From positions 45,179,439 through 45,243,438 of the forward strand of contig JARDVH010000025.1 in assembly GCA_030324005.1 (NCBI GenBank): 64,000 nt of DNA, read 5' to 3'. The position numbers were made by a program, and so were the translations under genes. The DNA comes from Negaprion brevirostris. Its lineage: Eukaryota. A model generated the notes under the pieces. That model saw nothing but the letters and a program-made list of their open reading frames with translations. It searched no databases and was not told where the DNA came from. Below, in pieces: positions 23,887 to 36,746 of the stretch (its first letter is position 1; the number at the start of each line of letters is the position of its first letter).

Positions 23887-24509
23887 TGTTGCTATTTTTA
23901 GGTACCAAGTGGTGTTGATTAGAAGGCAGACGCCACCTCCCTGAGTCTTGCCTAAGGCCACTGTACGGTCCTTTGGTGGATTGAGAAACCCTCTAGTTGT
24001 AGGGTACTGTCCAGCGAAGCAGGAGTGAGCCACATCTCCATGAAACAGAGTACACAGCAGTCTCTCACTTCTCTTTGGACAATGAGTCTGGCTTTAAGTT
24101 CATCTAGCTTGTTTTTCGGAGAATGGACATTTGCAAGCAGTAAGCTGGGGAGGGGGGGCCTTGGGACCGGGTTGTTTCACTCTCACCTGCAAACCTGCAT
24201 GTTTTCCACGCTTTTCTGGAGTGACTGCTTCCTTTCATGCCTGGGAGATAGTGAGAGTAGCAAATGGTATTAAAAGTAGTCTATAAACCTGCATCAAGAC
24301 TAATGTTAATATTATAGCTATTCTGCTATAGCATCTCAGTTTGATTCTTTATCCTCTTGTTTTTAAAGATGCAACTTTAAATTAACTCTATTTTCCAAAT
24401 TTTCCAGTGGGAAAATGGTCACAAATTTCAAAATGCGATATTGTTTTTGCTGATGATCACTTTGCTCTTTGTTTGAGTAAAGTAAATTGTTCTATCATCA
24501 TCAACATAA

Positions 24510-24780
24510 AAATATTTACTAGTGTCACAAAAAGGCCCACATTAACACTGCAAATAAGTTACTGTTTGGGTACACTGAGGGAGAATTTAGCATGGCCAAT
24601 GCACCGAACCAGCATGTCTTTTGGACTGCGGGAGAAAAGCGGAACACCTGGAGGAAACCCACACAGACATGCGGAGAGCATACAGAGTCCACAGAGACAG
24701 TGATTTAAGCCGGGAATTGAACACCAGATCCCTGGTGCTGTGAGGCAGCGGTATTAACTACTGGGCCACCGTGTTGCCCA
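24510..24780 (-). mobile_element. V-SINE with alternative tail
   Basis: HE1-like head and V-domain followed by the ...cagtgttaatgtgggcctttttgtgacactagtaaat tail. Confidence 0.85.
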
Positions 24781-26350
24781 AGCAAAGCATATGAACATGT
24801 TAAATGTGTGTCTGCTAATATAGCTAACAGTGATTTCTAGGCTCACATGCCATATGCGCTTTCACAAAGAGATGTTTGACATTTTACAGCATCATCTGTG
24901 ATAAGGTAGAAGATGATCTTCCGCTGGTGACTGGGTCTATACACTCCTTTATGGAACTGAGTACATTACAGCTATATTGCAATGAACTTAATGAAACAAT
25001 AAAAGTCCTGGCAAAATTTTGACCTGTAGACACCTAATCACTGGTACAAAGTTAGCCAAAAGTGCATTGCCTGCAATCTTGTGAGAATCATTCATTTTCA
25101 TAATTGGCGTACTCTTCCAGCTCAGTTTTTTGATCTTGCACCAGCAGGCAGCTCCTTGAGGAATGCAGAGAACCTGGTTAACGGCTCAAATTTAAAATGA
25201 TTTGCCACTTAAAGGAAAGTGGATGCAAATGGCCGCATATATTTCTGCATTTCTAAAGGTGGAAAATGGATTTTAAATGCTTGTCTATTCTCTGCTTGGC
25301 TGTGAGTGGGGGTGAGGCAAGGGGAGTGAAAGGAAATCCAGTCTGGAGGTGAGAAATTAAGTCTATGGGCAAGTAACAGAGCAACCTGATATTCAACCTT
25401 CTGTAGATAGCTACAATAATTGGCCACTCTGCAACACAAAGTGGTCCCAAGAGGATGCCTTGTTTAACATCCCAATGCAATGTCCCTGGAGGACAGCAGT
25501 ACAACTGTAAATGTAAGCCACCTAAAATACTCTGCGCACTTGCGAATGTTTGCAGTTGCCACTTGGAGATTTCTCTGCATATTGTTCTGACGTCTCCTCC
25601 CATAGGGGCAATGAAATAAATGTTGGCTCTTGGAAATAGGACCATTACTTGATGCATCCCTCTATAGCTTGCTGATTTTCTGAAGTGGAAGGAGCACAGN
25701 NNNNNNNNNNNNNNNNNNNNNNNNNNNNNNNNNNNNNNNNNNNNNNNAATACAATTCACCTTCAGTGAAGACGTGTACTTCTGCGGAAAACCTCAGCTGG
25801 TTCTCCAGGAGTTGGCATGATTACGTGACTGCCTCTTTTGCAAAGTAATTCTGCAAAAAACAGTTCTCCTCAGACATGTCCAAGAAGCACTGCCCGGGCT
25901 AATACAGCAGATCCTAGGGTAAGCACCAGTGAAAATACAATGGGTAGGGTTATTGTTACTTCTGCCTCTTTTGTTCCCTCAAGGACTGCACTTTCCCTTT
26001 CAAAATATGGGAGNNNNNNNNNNNNNNNNNNNNNNNNNNNNNNNNNNNNNNNNNNNNNNNNNNNNNNNNNNNNNNNNNNNNNNNNNNNNNNNNNNNNNNN
26101 NNNNNNNNNNNNNNNNNNNNNNNNNNNNNNNNNNNNNNNNNNNNNNNNNNNNNNNNNNNNNNNNNNNNNNNNNNNNNNNNNNNNNNNNNNNNNNNNNNNN
26201 NNNNNNNNNNNNNNNNNNNNNNNNNNNNNNNNNNNNNNNNNNNNNNNNNNNNNNNATAAAATTTGTAGCTTCCAACCACCAATTAAAAGTGAAGCCTTTA
26301 AAGAAGACAATTCTAATAGGCTAAGCCATCACACTTTGCTCTGCCCATGT

Positions 26351-26670
26351 CATAGGATCATAGAATCCCTACAGTGCAGAAGGAGGCCATTTAGCCTATC
26401 AAGTCTGCACAAACTCTCCGACAGAGCATTTTACCCCTGCCCTATCCCCCTAACCCCATTAATCTACCCTAACCTATACATCCTGGGACACTAAGGGGCA
26501 AAAAATGGCCAATCAACCCAACCTGTGCAACTTTGGACTGTGGGAGGAAACCCATGCAGATATCAGGAGGACATGTAAAGTCTACACAGACAGTCATCCA
26601 AGGCTGGAATTGAACCTGGCCCCCTGGTGATATGAGGCAGCAGTGCTAAGCACTGTGCCACCATGCCGCC
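26351..26670 (-). mobile_element. HE1-type V-SINE
   Basis: Head ggcggcatggtggcacagtgcttagcactgctgcctc and CR1-like tail. Confidence 0.9.
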
Positions 26671-27230
26671 TATATGAATGTGTGATGAAATGAGCCAAAG
26701 ACAACCAGGATGATGGCAATGTAGAGGACAATTTTCTCCAACCAGTTATGAGTTGAATTTGGAAAAAAATTGGATACAAGATTTATAGCTGGCAAGATAC
26801 TCCATGATATGAATAGCTGGAAGATATAAAGTGAAGAATTCTGCACAAGTGCTTAAAATGCTGTTGTGGCATACTAACACTGGAGGCAAGACGCAGTGGC
26901 AAATGAAATGTCACTCGGCATTCTGTTGCAAAGGAGGACACAATTCTTTTGTAAATTTTTTTCATAACAAATTGTTTTGAGAGGATAAAAAATGAGCCAA
27001 AGAAGCTGTTAATTTCAGTCTATGGCCTTTTGAATAAAACTTATTAACTTGCTAAACATTTACAAATTTGTTGCACTAGTCTGATCTCTCCAGACTTCCT
27101 CTCCATACTTTCCTTATTTGTCCCCTCAAGGACTGTTCCTTCCCTTTCCAAATATGGAAGTGACATTGAAACCGCNNNNNNNNNNNNNNNNNNNNNNNNN
27201 NNNNNNNNNNNNNNNNNNNNNNCTCTTTCA

Positions 27231-28056
27231 ATTTTTTTTGCAAAAATATACTTTATTCATGAAATATTTGAAAGAACACTACAAACATTTCAAAGTGGCC
27301 ATCACACAGAGTGCAGTAATATTCAGGTTCTCTACATACGTTAGTTTGCATTCTGAAGTGCTTCAGTATAATCAAAGAAATGTTACAGATATTTCAAAAT
27401 GTTTATGACAAGTGGCGCAAAGGCATTTGAGATGCCCACTTAAATCAAGTTTCACTCTGAAGTACTTCCATACAATTGTGATACATGTAATATTCACTGT
27501 ATGCATTCACTGTGAGTCAGGGGTTCTGTACAATTCCAGTCTCCTTCGTTCACTATGGCTGAAAGGTCTTAGACAGTGACCTTCCCCCATTGTTCCTCTG
27601 TGGCAGTTGGCCCTAGCTTTAGTGCATCCCTTAGCATATACCATGGGCTTTGGAATGCGCCAGTCTGCCACACTTGGTCACGGATAACTCTTTGCACTGG
27701 AAAACCAACAAGTTTCGGGCAGACCAAAGGGTATCTTTCATTGAGTTGATGATCCTCCAGCAACAGTTGATGTTTGCCTCAGTCTGCATCCCTGGGAACA
27801 GCCCATAGCACAGAGAGTCCTGCATCACAGAGCTGCTCGGGATGAACCTCGAAAAATACCGCCACATCTCTCTCCAGATCTTCTTTGCAAAGGCACATTC
27901 CACAGGGAGGTGGACAATGCCCTCTCCCCCACCAGAGTCACTTCGAAGGTGATCTGCAGATGGGCTGAGCGTCTGGGCATGTAGGAAGGATCTGATGGGG
28001 AGGATCTTTCTCACGACCAAACAAGCTAGACCTTGGTGCTTGTTTGATTGTTCCAA
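27231..28056 (-). mobile_element. Tx1/L1-clade LINE 3' fragment (ORF2 C-terminal zinc-binding region and 3' UTR)
   Basis: LACLVVRKILPIRSFLH...EGIVHLPVECAFAKKIW...WRIINSMKDTLWSARNLLVFQ; AATAAA followed by an A-rich tail near 27235-27256 on the - strand. Confidence 0.85.
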
Positions 28057-28704
28057 GCTCCCATCACCATGCAGCGACAGAGCTTAAAGAGAGACAACTA
28101 TGATGTTTGGTAGCCCTGAATTTCTCTACTTTTAAAATCAATTTACTTACAGTTTAGTCAAAAAGATCAGAGAATAATAAAATAAGAAAAGCACTGATTT
28201 CAGATACAGCGTTACAATTGTGACTGCATAAAACTGTACACTATCAGCAATCAGTCTTTAAGTATAACTCTTTATACTTAATATTATTCAAAAAACAAAT
28301 TCTCTGATTATGGTATTTAGTGTTAATGAGACCAAACTCAGGACTGAATACTAAATAAATTATTTCAAGCAGTTTATTACAAGAAAAATCTTGTTTTTTC
28401 AGGCTGAGGTTCATGTTAACCCTTAGTAATGAAGTCAGGCTAGCTGAAATGAAAATGTATTTATTTGGTTCAACTTTATTTCCTAGGTCAATAGTATCTC
28501 TGTTCAAAATAAGTTAATTAGAATTGGTTAAAAACCCCTCATGGTCAAAAATTTAAATGTGTATCTTTTCCACATATTGAGGGGAGGGGAGACTTTATGG
28601 AGCTCACAAGAATGGGAAATGTTGACTTAATTAGACTGAATGCAAAACCTTGATTTCCCGATGACAGAGTGAGATGCAGAGATAAAGTCAGCAGCATAGT
28701 TGCG

Positions 28705-29197
28705 GCACATTGAGCAACTTTTACAGGTGCACCATAGAAAGTATCATTTCTGAATGTATCACAGCTTGGTATGGCTCGCACTCTGACCAAGACCACAAGA
28801 AACTACAAAGGGTTGTGAATGTAGTCCAGTCCATTACTCCTATCCATTGACTCAGTTGACACTTCCTGCTGCACGGCAAAGCAGCCAGCATAATCAAGGA
28901 CCCCACACGCCCTAGACATTCTCTCTTTCATTTTCTTCCATTGGGAAAAAGATACACAAGTCTGAAGTTATGTACCAACCAACTCAAAAACAGTTTCTTC
29001 CCTGCTGCCATCAGACTTCTGAATGAATCTACCTCATATTAAGTTGATCTTCCTAGCCATGGCTGTAACATTACATTCTGTACTCTCTCCTTTCCTTCTC
29101 TATGAATAGTAAGCTTTGTCTGTATAGCATGCAAAAACAATACTTTTCACTGTATGCTAATACATACGGGAATAATAAATCAAATCAAATCAAATCA
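28705..29197 (+). mobile_element. Rex1/Babar LINE 3' fragment
   Basis: FYRCTIESIISECITAWYGS...DHKKLQRVVNVVQSIT...TNQLKNSFFPAAIRLLN; tail aataaatcaaatcaaatcaaatc. Confidence 0.9.
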
Positions 29198-29662
29198 TTG
29201 TACTGGCCTAAAAGTTTTTCTAGTAAGTCCCATACTCAGTAGCACACGAGAATGTTGTGGCTCACAATTCTTTAAAGGTGGCGTGTATCAATCAGCTTGT
29301 GCCGTATTATGTAATCTCAGCAGTTTTTCTTGTTTAACTCCATGCTACTAGAGAGGGGAGCAGTAAATGACAGCTTTTATGGAGACTTGGGACAGGCCAG
29401 GGTGGGTCAGTGGTGAGGGGGGTTGAAGTGATGTTGGGGCTTAGAAGACTGAAGTAGCAAGGGCCTAGCGTTCTGGGTGGGATGGGGGAAGGGGTGGTGG
29501 GTACAGTTAGTCCAGGAAAGAAATGAGGGGCCTGAAGGGCAATGTCAGTACTGTACAAATGTAATCCATCTCAGAGCGTTGGCTGCCAGAGTCCTTACAA
29601 GGTTTTGAGTTCACCTACAACATTTCAATTATCCTCACAGAGAGTGATCTGAGTGAGACAAT

Positions 29663-29787
29663 GGCCAGAATTTTACTAGCACACCTGCCGCAGAATGGGG
29701 GCAAGTGAGGCTCAAAGAACGGCATTCTCCATTGGCCCCAGGTGAGATCTTACAAACCTTGGACGGGCGAGTTGGTAAAATTCCGGC
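29663..29787. mobile_element. MITE
   Basis: TIRs gccagaattttac / gtaaaattccggc. Confidence 0.75.
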
Positions 29788-30147
29788 AAATGTCCTTTGC
29801 AATATTTAGAAGGGAGAGCCAGCTGTGCCTTCAAGTTCAGTCATGTCCCACAGTGTGACAAGTACAACACTGGAAACTAATGTAAACATTCAATGAAGAC
29901 TGAGCAAAAGACACAACATTGTTTCCTCTCCAACCAAAGGAAATGTCTCTAATTAACTCCCTGCTAACCCATCAAAGTGCCAACATTGAGGTGTGGCAAT
30001 AGATTTAGCTCTCTAAGTTAGTCTTAACAAAAAACAGCGATGTGCACGTGCATAAAGTGGAGGCAATGAAATGTCAAATATTTTCAAGTGAAATTTACAT
30101 TTGTTAAACACCATTGCAAAACCTGTTATATTAATTACAAATATAGT

Positions 30148-31245
30148 TAGAACCAGAAAATAGGAGCAGGAGTAAACCATTTGGCCATTTGTGGCTGCTC
30201 CGCCATTCAATATGATCATGGCTGAATTTCTGTTTCAACACCATACTNNNNNNNNNNNNNNNNNNNNNNNNNNNNNNNNNNNNNNNNNNNNNNNNNNNNN
30301 NNNNNNNNNNNNTTGGCCTCTGCAACCTTTTGTTGTCAAGAATTCCACAATTTCACTACACTCTGAGTGAAGAAGTTCCTCCTAAACTCAGTTGTAAATG
30401 ACCTATACCATATTCTGAGACTTTGACACTGTGTTCTGGATCCTCCCAGCCAGAGGAAACAATATTTAATTTAACATAGAATGATACAGCGCAGAAGGAG
30501 GCCATTTGGCCCATCGAGTTTGCGCCAACCACAATCCCACCCAGGTCCTATCCCTGGGGCCCCAAGTATGAACCCTAGCTAGTCTCCCTCATAGTAAGGG
30601 GCAATTTAGCACTGGCAATCCACATCTTTGGAGTGTGGAAGGAAACCGGAGAACCCGGAAGAAACCCACGCAGACTTGGGGAAAATGTGCAAACTCCACA
30701 TAGGCAGTGAGTCAAGCCAGGAATCAAACCCGGGTCCATGGCGCTGTGAGGAAGCAGTGCTAACCACTGTGCCACCATGTCGCCCTATATATGCCCCCTA
30801 TATTTACACCCTATGTATCTATATATAGTCTATCCAGCCCCATCAGAATTTTACACGTTTCAATTAGATCCCCTATCATTCTTCTAAGTTCAGGTGATAC
30901 TGGCCCAATTGACCTGATCTCTCCTCATATGATAACCCTGTTAATGCAGAAATCAGTCTGGTGAACCTTTGCTGCACTCTCTCTATGGTAAGTATATCTT
31001 TCTTTAGTTAAAGAGACCAAAACTGCACACGATACTCCAGGTGTGGTCACACCAATGTCCCATTCAGCTGCAGTAACTTTTCCTTGTCCCTTACTCAAGT
31101 CCTCATATGATTTGCCTTCCTAACTTTTTGCTGTGCCTGCATGCTTTCTTTCAGTGACAGGTGTATAAGAATATCCAGATCCCTTCTTCTGTCAACATTT
31201 CCCAATCCATCACCAATTAAAATAATACCCTACCCTTCTGTTTCA
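30148..31245 (-). mobile_element. CR1 3' fragment with nested SINE
   Basis: Tail aataggagcaggagtaaaccat; gagaccaaaactgcacacgatactccaggtgtggtc encodes PHLEYRVQFWS on the - strand. Confidence 0.85.
30473..30785 (-). mobile_element. HE1-type V-SINE nested in CR1
   Basis: Well-preserved head, V-domain and tail. Confidence 0.9.
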
Positions 31246-34200
31246 GGACAGGAAATTTGTGGCCCTGATGCAAAGCCTCCTTGTTTGACCAAGAGGCTCT
31301 TTGATAGCCCATTTGTACCTGCTGCTTTGTCAACTGACAATGGATTTCACCAGTGAAAAGCTTCTCACAAATATGGAATCACACATGTTCTCCATGCCTG
31401 CTGCTTAGAATTTTAATTGTACTGGTGTGGGAAATGGGAATAAAGTCAGAACATAAGTAGTGCACAGTTCTAGTTACACTGTAAAGAATGACATACTGTT
31501 GACAAAATCTCAGCCATTGTGATTTCTCAATTGAATAGGACAGACTTACACACTGATAAGGTAAGTTTGTACATATATAAGGGGATTTTTGTTTCAATGC
31601 TGTCTTTAACACTCAGGAAATGTTTCTAAGTGGTTCCATCTTACTGTTTCAAGTCCATCATACTCAACTGAAATCCAGTAAGAAACCAAATCAGACTAGA
31701 AATAAGAAGTCAATGCTTTTTGGAAACTGCACTGATGAATTTATGTCAATTCCCTTTCTTATTTTCTTTCCTTTTTTATAAGAAATTTGACCCTATTGCA
31801 TCACTTTTAAAGTGTAAAAAGGGAACAATTAGGGCTGATTTTGGGAACTGATGCGATGCATCAAAGGATGCCTGAAAGATGTCTGCACCAATTTTGAATT
31901 GGGTCATTTTTAGACATCTCTTGCAGCCATTCAAAACATGTAGGCCCCTTGCAGAGATAAATAAATTGAAACTACAATGAGGAANNNNNNNNNNNNNNNN
32001 NNNNNNNNNNNNNNNNNNNNNNNNNNNNNNNNNNNNNNNNNNNNNNNNNNNNNNNNNNNNNNNNNNNNNNNNNNNNNNNNNNNNACAATGAGGAAACAAA
32101 AAAACTAACAGCATTATGGGAGACATTCACCACACAAACTACAGGAGTTTAAGAGGAAGGTCCACCACTGAATTCTTGTGGGCAACTGGGAGTAGGCAAT
32201 AAATGCCAACCTTGTAAGTGACAAAAAAGAAATACGCTTTTATGTGTAAGAGAAAATAATTTGGTGACAGCTAAGGTACTCAGAATATTTCTACCTAAAG
32301 CAGTTTCATATTAACATTTGACCAATATAGATTTCCATTGTGATGCATTATATTTTCTGCCTAATGAATCTCTCTTTGTAATGCATTGTTTAGCCCACAG
32401 GGCTCCTCTGTTCAGTGCAAAATTCTGTCTTGAGCTTACCTGTGTAATATGATGCATTGTCCATACTAATCCAGAATTAACAGCAATGAAAGACTGCATG
32501 AGAGGACCTCAATGGAAACACTGCCAAAATACAAGTGCTTTTATGTATTGAACAGTTAATGTTCAATAGCCAAAGAACTAACAGAAAATATGTTCTCAAG
32601 ATTGTGTTTTCGCAGCAATTTTACAGCAGTGATATATTATAGAAAAGTAATGCTTCTGTGACATTTAAAGCAATATGATCTGAATGTAACATTTCAATAA
32701 TGAAGTCTGCTGCTGAGGAAGCAATCAGGCAGTTCGTCTATCACTGAACCCTTCACCACCAAGCTCTTTTCATAGTCAGAAACAATTTCTCCTCTTGCCA
32801 TCTTCTGTACTTTCAGCATATACTATACTTTCTTCACATTTTCTGTATTTTCCACAGGGGTGAGGAAATCTGGTATTTTGGACTTTGACAACATCAAGTG
32901 CTGTCAATCTTTCACCACCTCCCTCTTCTTGAGAGAGAGCAGAAGAGCCGAAATGTGAGGGTTGACAGACATTCTCAAGTGCAATGATGAGCAACATTTG
33001 GGAGCTCAACATTGAAAGTGCATCTTATGCCTTCAGCAGTATAGGCTTTCAGGTATATTGTACAGGTTATGCACTTTAAATAGTAACACCTGCCTTCACA
33101 CACCAGAATCTTTAGTACCATAGAATGTTCTCCATGTTCTTCTATAAATTCACATTATTGTTTTACAAAGCACGCTGGTCAATAAGTACTTTTNNNNNNN
33201 NNNNNNNNNNNNNNNNNNNNNNNNNNNNNNNNNNNNNNNNNNNNNNNNNNNNNNNNNNNNNNNNNNNNNNNNNNNNNNNNNNNNNNNNNNNNNNNNNNNN
33301 NNNNNNNNNNNNNNNNNNNNNNNNNNNNNNNNNNNNNNNNNNNNNNNNNNNNNNNNNNNNNNNNNNNNNNNNNNNNNNNNNNNNNNNNNNNNNNNNNNNN
33401 NNNNNNNNNNNNNNNNNNNNNNNNNNNNNNNNNNNNNNNNNNNNNNNNNNNNNNNNNNNNNNNNNNNNNNNNNNNNNNNNNNNNNNNNNNNNNNNNNNNN
33501 NNNGCTGGTCAATAAAGTACTTTTAAAGTGTGGCATCTGTTATATAGACAAACATAACATGCACAGAGAAAAATATTTCAATCAATTGTACTTACTATCT
33601 TTGGTACAAATGTTCTATTGTGTTACATAATTACAGAATATTTTAGAATGGTTGTGATAGAAACTGGAAAATACATGAGTTGTTTTTACAATGAGGAAAT
33701 GCTTTAGTGACTGCAACCCTGAGCTTTTCTTTTACTGTCACAGTGCTGCTGTGTGTTAAAGACTCATTGTTAGGGTAACCAGATTTTCAAAAGCTAAAGT
33801 CAGTGCACATCAAAAAGTTCTGGGAAGGAGGTGCTCTGTGATGATTGACATGCTAGACAACCAATGGAAAGAGTCTATGGGAGGGGCAGGGGAAGATAAG
33901 AGGTCATGTGAGGACAGTGTCTCAGATATGACCAACCAGGATTGACAACTGCATTAAGACACTTAATTATTGAAGACAGAGGTGAGGCACCTGAACGTCT
34001 TGTCTGGATTAGAGGAGAATGAGTGAAAGATCAATAACAAAATTTATAATAGCTAAAAAAGGATGAGAAAGAAAGGATGGAATCCAGAAGACTCCCTAGC
34101 TAAGCAGAAAGGGTAGTGGGATAGTCAGAATAAGGTCAAGAAAGGAAAGTGCATGATTATAGTTATCAGGAGTCAATTTGGGCTCAGTGAATGTGTAAAA

Positions 34201-34559
34201 AAAATCAAATTGAGAAGAGACAAATTGAGTGGAATAGAGGCACAAGAACCGAGACTTGTATCTCCAGATCATAATGATGACACTAATGGGGGAAGCCTGA
34301 GAAAGAAGGGCTGAGTAGCCAAATCTTATTCCTATTTTCTATGTGTGACAGACTAGACCATGACCGGGACTGGGAACAGCCGCTGAACTCTGATGTCATG
34401 GCTCCCTCAACTCCGCCTGAGACAGGAACAAAAGGGCCTGTGCCCTCAGTGCAGGAGTGAGAGGGTAACATGCAGAGGACAGTAAGATATGTTCCTTTTA
34501 CCCCCACTGAAAAATGAATGTTAACAAGTGTTCTACCCATTTCTAAACAGCATCATGCA

Positions 34560-35560
34560 AATATCGATCTTCGGAATAAAGTGGAGGAGATGACAGACAT
34601 ATACTTCTTAGATACTTCAGATATTCATGAGCAAAGATTGCATGGATCCTTTGGGATAAAATATGCCCAGGAACCAAACAGGACCATTGGATGACTGCCC
34701 ATGGACTAATGGAGAAACAGAAATTTGACAGATTTAAGAGAGAAATACAGAGAGACTGGGAGGTTCCTACTCTAGTTGCTCTGCCATAGTGCGGATTACC
34801 CAGAACAACAATCAAGCCATTCCTGAGTATGCAGAAAGAAAGTATATAGCCTGTTGCGACTTTTTTGAATTAAATGACCAAGGTAACAATGATCTGATGT
34901 TTCTAAAAATGTTAAAGGAAGTGTTGAGTTCGGAACATCAGGTTCCTGAGTCAGGATTGCTGGTGGGAACTAATCATAATGGGATAGTGGAATGTAGCAA
35001 AGAGGTCAATACCTGGCGCAATAATTGTGTTCCAATAGACATGTAAGTGGCCATATAACTAACACAACAAATTGCTATACCTGTGATATATCAGGATGTA
35101 TAGTCCGGGGGTGTTAAACTGGCAGAGAAAGTAAAGGTCTGCAGTGCAGTAATTGTCAGAAACTAGGCCTACAGGGTTCCACGCAGGAAGAAATACTGTA
35201 AACATTGGAAGAAGTAAGAGAAATTATCAAGTTAGCCTCTGAAAAATGGGTCACTCTGGCCCCCAGGATGGCTATGATGGAGGGCCTCAGATTGTCTTGT
35301 TAGCAGGCTTCAGTGCAGAATGTTAATAGATACATCTGTTTTTGTAACATAACATAGAGAAATGGGAGCATTAATAGACCCCAATGGGAGATCAATAATT
35401 TGACCCGATCAAAGTGGTATCAAAGCTTATAGTTAGCCTGGTGATCAGCTACAAGTGCACATGTGCAGACATAAAAGAGGAAAGGCCAGTGGAAACAGTG
35501 AACACTTTCTGATCCTAGCAACATCTTTGGCAAGATATTGTTGAAAAATGCCACTTATTC
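34560..35560 (+). pseudogene. Decayed LTR-retroelement gag-protease relic
   Basis: RITQNNNQAIPEYAERK (gag Q-x-E-x-Y-x-R-like motif), CSNCQKLG (broken CCHC knuckle, ~35140), CRMLIDTS (DTG-like, ~35315-35340) and NIFGKILL (ILGxDxL-like, ~35520), in the correct order. Confidence 0.55.
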
Positions 35561-35587
35561 ATTGTTTTTGGTGTCATTGTGGGGGAA

Positions 35588-35778
35588 TGCTTAACCTTAT
35601 TAAGCTCACGATTCTCATTCTAGCAGTACGAAACAAAGACTAGCTGGTCATTCTAACTGTGTGGCTCTAAGATGATATTTATAATAAAAAGTTGCAGTGT
35701 TATGAAACCTCTGAAATTTACACCTTGCATTGATGCTTCTTGCTTTGCTCACTGTCTGAGCTGAACTCACTGTGACAT
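35588..35778 (+). mobile_element. Possible 3' LTR of the gag-protease relic
   Basis: Short purine tract gggggaa, then TG...AATAAA...tgtgaCA. No matching 5' LTR seen. Confidence 0.3.
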
Positions 35779-35781
35779 TTT

Positions 35782-35939
35782 GGGTGGGATTCTCTGGCCA
35801 TGTTGCCTCAAAACCGGAGAATCTCGCCCGAGGTCAATGGACCTTTGTGTGGTTTCCCCAACCACTCCCCTGCACCCCTCACCTCTCCCCTCACTGACTG
35901 CTACAATTCCCAGGATGGCTGGGATGGGAGAACTCCCCC
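35782..35939. mobile_element. MITE
   Basis: TIRs gggtgggattctc / gagaactccccc; homologous to 63862-63995. Confidence 0.75.
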
Positions 35940-36746
35940 ATAATATATAAATTTTGAAATGATCAAAACAATTTTGTGTGGAAAGATACTCTGTTATGTA
36001 ATACACGTGCACCTTTATGCGAACATCATCTTCTGGTCATTTTCTTAGGTTTATATTGTGCAAGCTGCTAAGTGATGTAACATTTTAAGAGGATGAAACA
36101 CATGAACCTAAGGTAGTTTAAAACAGGCTATGTGTATATTAAAATATCATAACAATTCACTCATAGTAAAGAAAAGCAAACTAACTTCAAACTCATTTTA
36201 CTTGAGCCAAAATTGAATGCCATCATTAAATTATTTTGGAAACTATATTGACAGTTGATGGGATAAACACTTGAACGGATGAAAACCCTGAAGCTAGCTT
36301 CCAGATCTATCCCTTCTGTCTTCTAATATTCTAATAGTGATTTAAGAATACTCTTCTCCGCTGGCCAAACTTAACATTCGGAAACAACATGGTGATAATG
36401 CATTGTGGGATCCTAAAAGGCCTACATGAACAATGATCACAATTGACTGAATACTGACTAGTAAAATTAGGGAGAAAGATAGCAGTATTTTTAGTCAGCT
36501 AGCATCAAGTTGAAGCAATGCAAGTGAGGTTATTTGAATTCAGAATGTGTTGCAATATACAATGAACTGTAGCACGCAACAGCTGGTAATGACTATGCAC
36601 CAGAAGTACTTGTTAAAACAAAATGAAAGTGTAACATATGGTTCAAATTCTCAGCCAGACTGATAAAAATAAAATGGCTTCACCTAAAGAGACTTAGAAA
36701 CAACATGAGCGGGATTAACACAATGAGTGACAAGGGACTACTATAC

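Larger units (their letters stand above)
18794..24190 (-). mobile_element. Long decayed Rex1/Babar LINE (copy B) with three nested insertions
   Basis: Colinear ORF2 pieces: DRTVALGKTQGGGVCLLINTTW (~23900); AGNFNQTKL...STRGPNILEHCYTN and GKSDHKAVLL (21150-21570); LLWDSFESVDSLVF (20210-20320); LDPIQFAFRRNSSAADAI...IEYSSAFN (19589-19933); NVSKMKELIIDFRK (19103-19291). Confidence 0.9.

Noticed and set aside
25755-25926. Exon-like segment with a + strand donor (AGG|gtaagc) and a - strand acceptor/donor pair
   Set aside because: The - strand exon has stops in all frames. The + frame has an in-frame TGA, no clear acceptor and no visible SECIS, so neither a coding exon nor selenocysteine is supported.
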